From assembly GCA_965655095.1 (NCBI GenBank), contig OZ296659.1:22506001-22570000 (forward strand): a stretch of DNA of 64,000 bases, given 5' to 3'. Positions within the stretch are counted from its first letter, which is position 1. Every line of letters starts with the position of its first letter. This stretch comes from Haplodiscus bocki (lineage: Eukaryota). Below are positions 61,301 to 64,000 of the stretch, piece after piece. Made by a program: the position numbers and the translations under genes. The notes beneath the pieces are model-generated. The model ran no database searches. It saw nothing but the letters and a program-made list of their open reading frames with translations, and had not been told where the DNA came from.

Positions 61301-62870
61301 TGCTAAAGTTGTAAAAGGGTGTGTCGAGAGGCTCTCTTCTCGCAGCCCGTTTTCCAGTGCTACTGGACTTGTTAGTCCAAATTCGGTTAGTTTGGCCGGC
61401 GCACCGCATGGATTAATTAATTTTTGTTTATCCAAAACGTCAGCGGAGATGAATTCAAGAAATGAACGTTTTGATGCTCTTTGGTGGTTAAATTGGGTCG
61501 TTGCAACGTTACTTGTTGACATCTACTAAGAAGCTAGTGTTCGGTGCAAGCAGATTGCTGCCCTATTTTGTCCGCTCTAGTTAATTCGCACGCTCATTTG
61601 TTCGCTACAGCTTTCGCGCAGCTACTGTTGGGTTCGACAGTGGGTATGTTTTAACTAACCAGCTTTCCGTCGGTTTTCTACGGACCAGCTTTAACCAGCT
61701 TTCTGGTCAAAAAACCAGATAACGGCGAGTTTCGCCCAACAGTCAGTGTTTATTTATAAGGGGTATTTAAGCTAAAAGAGAAGTCGGCCAATTGCTTTGT
61801 GCCTGAATTCTTCAAATTTAATTTTAACACGCTAACGCTCTTCTAAGAATAAAGAAAGCTATTTATTTCTCAACTCTGAATTAAACTCTCAAGAAACTCC
61901 CCACAATAATGCTGTTTTTCCTACGTTCTGAGGAGAACTATAATTCTCATCACAGCCTGAGCACAAGTCGTAATCTTCTTCATGCTCCTCCTCACAAACT
62001 AGATCAGTATTATCATGCTTATCATCATCATCATCATCAATACCAGTGGGAGCATTATTCCGTTTCTCTTCTCCAATTTCTAAAATTTCCATCTTTCTGA
62101 AAAACCTCTCGGTGGCCCCATTGGCGCGAATAAGTAATTGTCGCAGTATATCCGCGAAGCCTACGGGCACACAGAAAAACAAGGACATCCCCAGATTGCC
62201 TGAAAATTAGAAGAAACTGTATCTATACTTTAGACTATTCCATTTCCATTCATATAATAATATTGCAGTAATATATCATTGCTTTTACATGTAGTTGATA
62301 CGTATCAAATACGTATCACTCCCCAGTACATTTTCATGCAAATTCTACGTATTTTATACGTAGCACTCCCGTGTACTGAACCAAACTGGGACGGAACTTT
62401 TACGTAACGAACACGTACCTACCTAGCAGCTACTCTAAGCTAGGAATGAATATTTTGTTACGTACGCGTTACGAGGCTACCGATCTGGTGACGTCACAAA
62501 ACTTTCAACCAATCCGCTGTGCTTTTGCGCTGTTTCACTTTGGACGGACACGGGACGTCTACGTAGCCACCAGAATCATTCTCCTCATTAGTACTGCGGA
62601 AGGCAGTGCTACAGGCGGCTACGTAGTCGCCACGGAACGCTCCGGCCAAATTGAGGCGTGAGCTAGTAAAAACGTGGAACGGGCTAAGAAAAAGAAGAAA
62701 AAGCCTAGTTTCGTTCCAAAAGTGATTATAATCGATGCAATAGTATTACCAAGCATGTAATTATGATTTTCTATGATTATTTTAGTATATTTTACCTAAT
62801 TTTGGTGCATTTTTCAATACTTTCCTCTTATGGAAAGTCTTTCTTATTATTGGTTTATGTTGTTATTTAT

Positions 62871-63690
62871 TGTGTCGGCGCGGGAATAAGCACTTTGATA
62901 TCCATTTCCGACTGATGAGACCGGTATATTTTCCGTCGAAAGATGAAAAAGACGCGGTCTGTAAAGGAAGAAATGGAGGGAAAGTTGTTTATTTCCCGCC
63001 AGAGTCGGCATAGTTCCATTGTAATTATTATGATTAAAGTACTTTTCCCTACTTTGTACGTTTACTTGGCGTGTAAACACTTATGTTTCCCGCCAAGGAA
63101 ACGGTATAAATACGAGAAACGAAAGTACTAAGGAGATATCTTAATATCAGTTGGATTGTCAGTTGACTGTACTGATTGTGACTAGTTGTTTATTCTAAAG
63201 AATAACATTTTTTGTTATAATCTCAAGTTGATTAACAAATACAAACTAATTCAGTCTTCATAACCGCGTAGCATTTTACCTTCAAAAAAGATGGCAACGT
63301 TGAGAAACAAATGAATGTTGGCAGCCGTTACAAGAGAAATAAGGAGGAATATCCTAGGAACGGCCAGTCACGAAGCACGTCCGTTCCTAGAATTAACGAG
63401 GAATATATCGCACAAGTTTCTGAGGAGATTGAAGGCAGAGTCACTAAAAGTCTGTCCCAGGAGTAGAGCAGGACAGAGTCCCGCATTTTGGGTGCTCTGA
63501 CTGAATTAGACGAATTTCTCTCGAACCAACAGATACATACGCACTCCGGAACCTCTCCGGGAACATTTCGGAACACAAACGTAATAAACCAGGGAACGAA
63601 TGAGGACGACTCCCAGAGTGATCCTCATCCTGAAGCAGGCAACCTCCGCAGCCGGATTACACAAAACTCTGGCCCAGAAGTTGCACGTGA
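62871..63690 (+). mobile_element. Putative LTR retrotransposon 5' fragment: LTR (62871-63284), PBS-like TGG, decayed gag-like ORF
   Basis: TG...CA ends, TATAAATA at ~63106, TGGCAACG just downstream; ORF relic INEEYIAQVSEEIEGRVTK..SRILGAL..LDEFL. No second LTR or pol in window. Confidence 0.45.
62878..63000 (+). ncRNA. Hammerhead-like (type I) fold inside the putative LTR
   Basis: CTGATGA (62912-62918), stem II gac(c)gg/ccgtc, GAAA (62938-62941), stem III agat/gtct, long closing stem tccatttc/gaaatgga plus gcgggaataagcacttt/aaagttgtttatttcccgc; position 17 is G (non-canonical). Confidence 0.35.
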
Positions 63691-64000
63691 CAGTAACCCC
63701 GCGGTATTTATTTGTTCTCAAATGTGTGCAAATTTTACCTGGAGTGTTTTCAATTTCACTCTCAACTTTTCGTGACTTCAGACAATTCTGGTTCATATTG
63801 GTATTCAATATTTGAACTAGAAAATGGCACTCTGAGAGCGCAGATCCCGCGAAAGCCCTTGGACCCTCCGATATCCTGGATTGTAACCCAGTCGTTGATA
63901 TTTCAGAAAGCTGTTCCTTTTTTTTGCGTCCACACAGATTTATAAACGACCATTTCTCTGGTCATCTTGTGGCAGTGTACAGCATTGGTGAAGACTGGAG

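Noticed and set aside
61889-62188. Acidic ORF (minus) and poly-His ORF (plus)
   Set aside because: Driven by a short (TCA)n microsatellite; no recognisable domain.

Overview
AT-rich eukaryotic (metazoan, probably invertebrate) genomic window with one 200-N scaffold gap (35822-36021). One complete host gene was reconstructed by hand: kinesin KIF6 on the minus strand, 12 coding exons, 24406->5735, 2745 nt (914 aa), all introns GT-AG and phase-consistent. Its introns hold an antisense SLC45-family exon relic, a decayed Penelope-like element with a minimal hammerhead ribozyme, a CRE-like RT relic and a decayed CR1/L2-group LINE. Upstream of KIF6 lie three co-oriented CR1/L2-group LINEs (25345-40125). 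LINE-A carries an extra, stand-alone SGNH esterase ORF ahead of its PHD-type ORF1, and the ORF1/ORF2 junctions suggest UGA-CUA stop-codon readthrough. 41246-61300 is a single ~20-kb apparently non-coding foldback element with ~2.2-kb terminal inverted repeats, a near-perfect 8-bp target-site duplication and an internal ~1.58-kb macrosatellite array that flips orientation near 46712. The window ends with a putative LTR plus gag-like ORF, and the LTR contains a hammerhead-like fold. All calls come from manual reading; no database searches were run.
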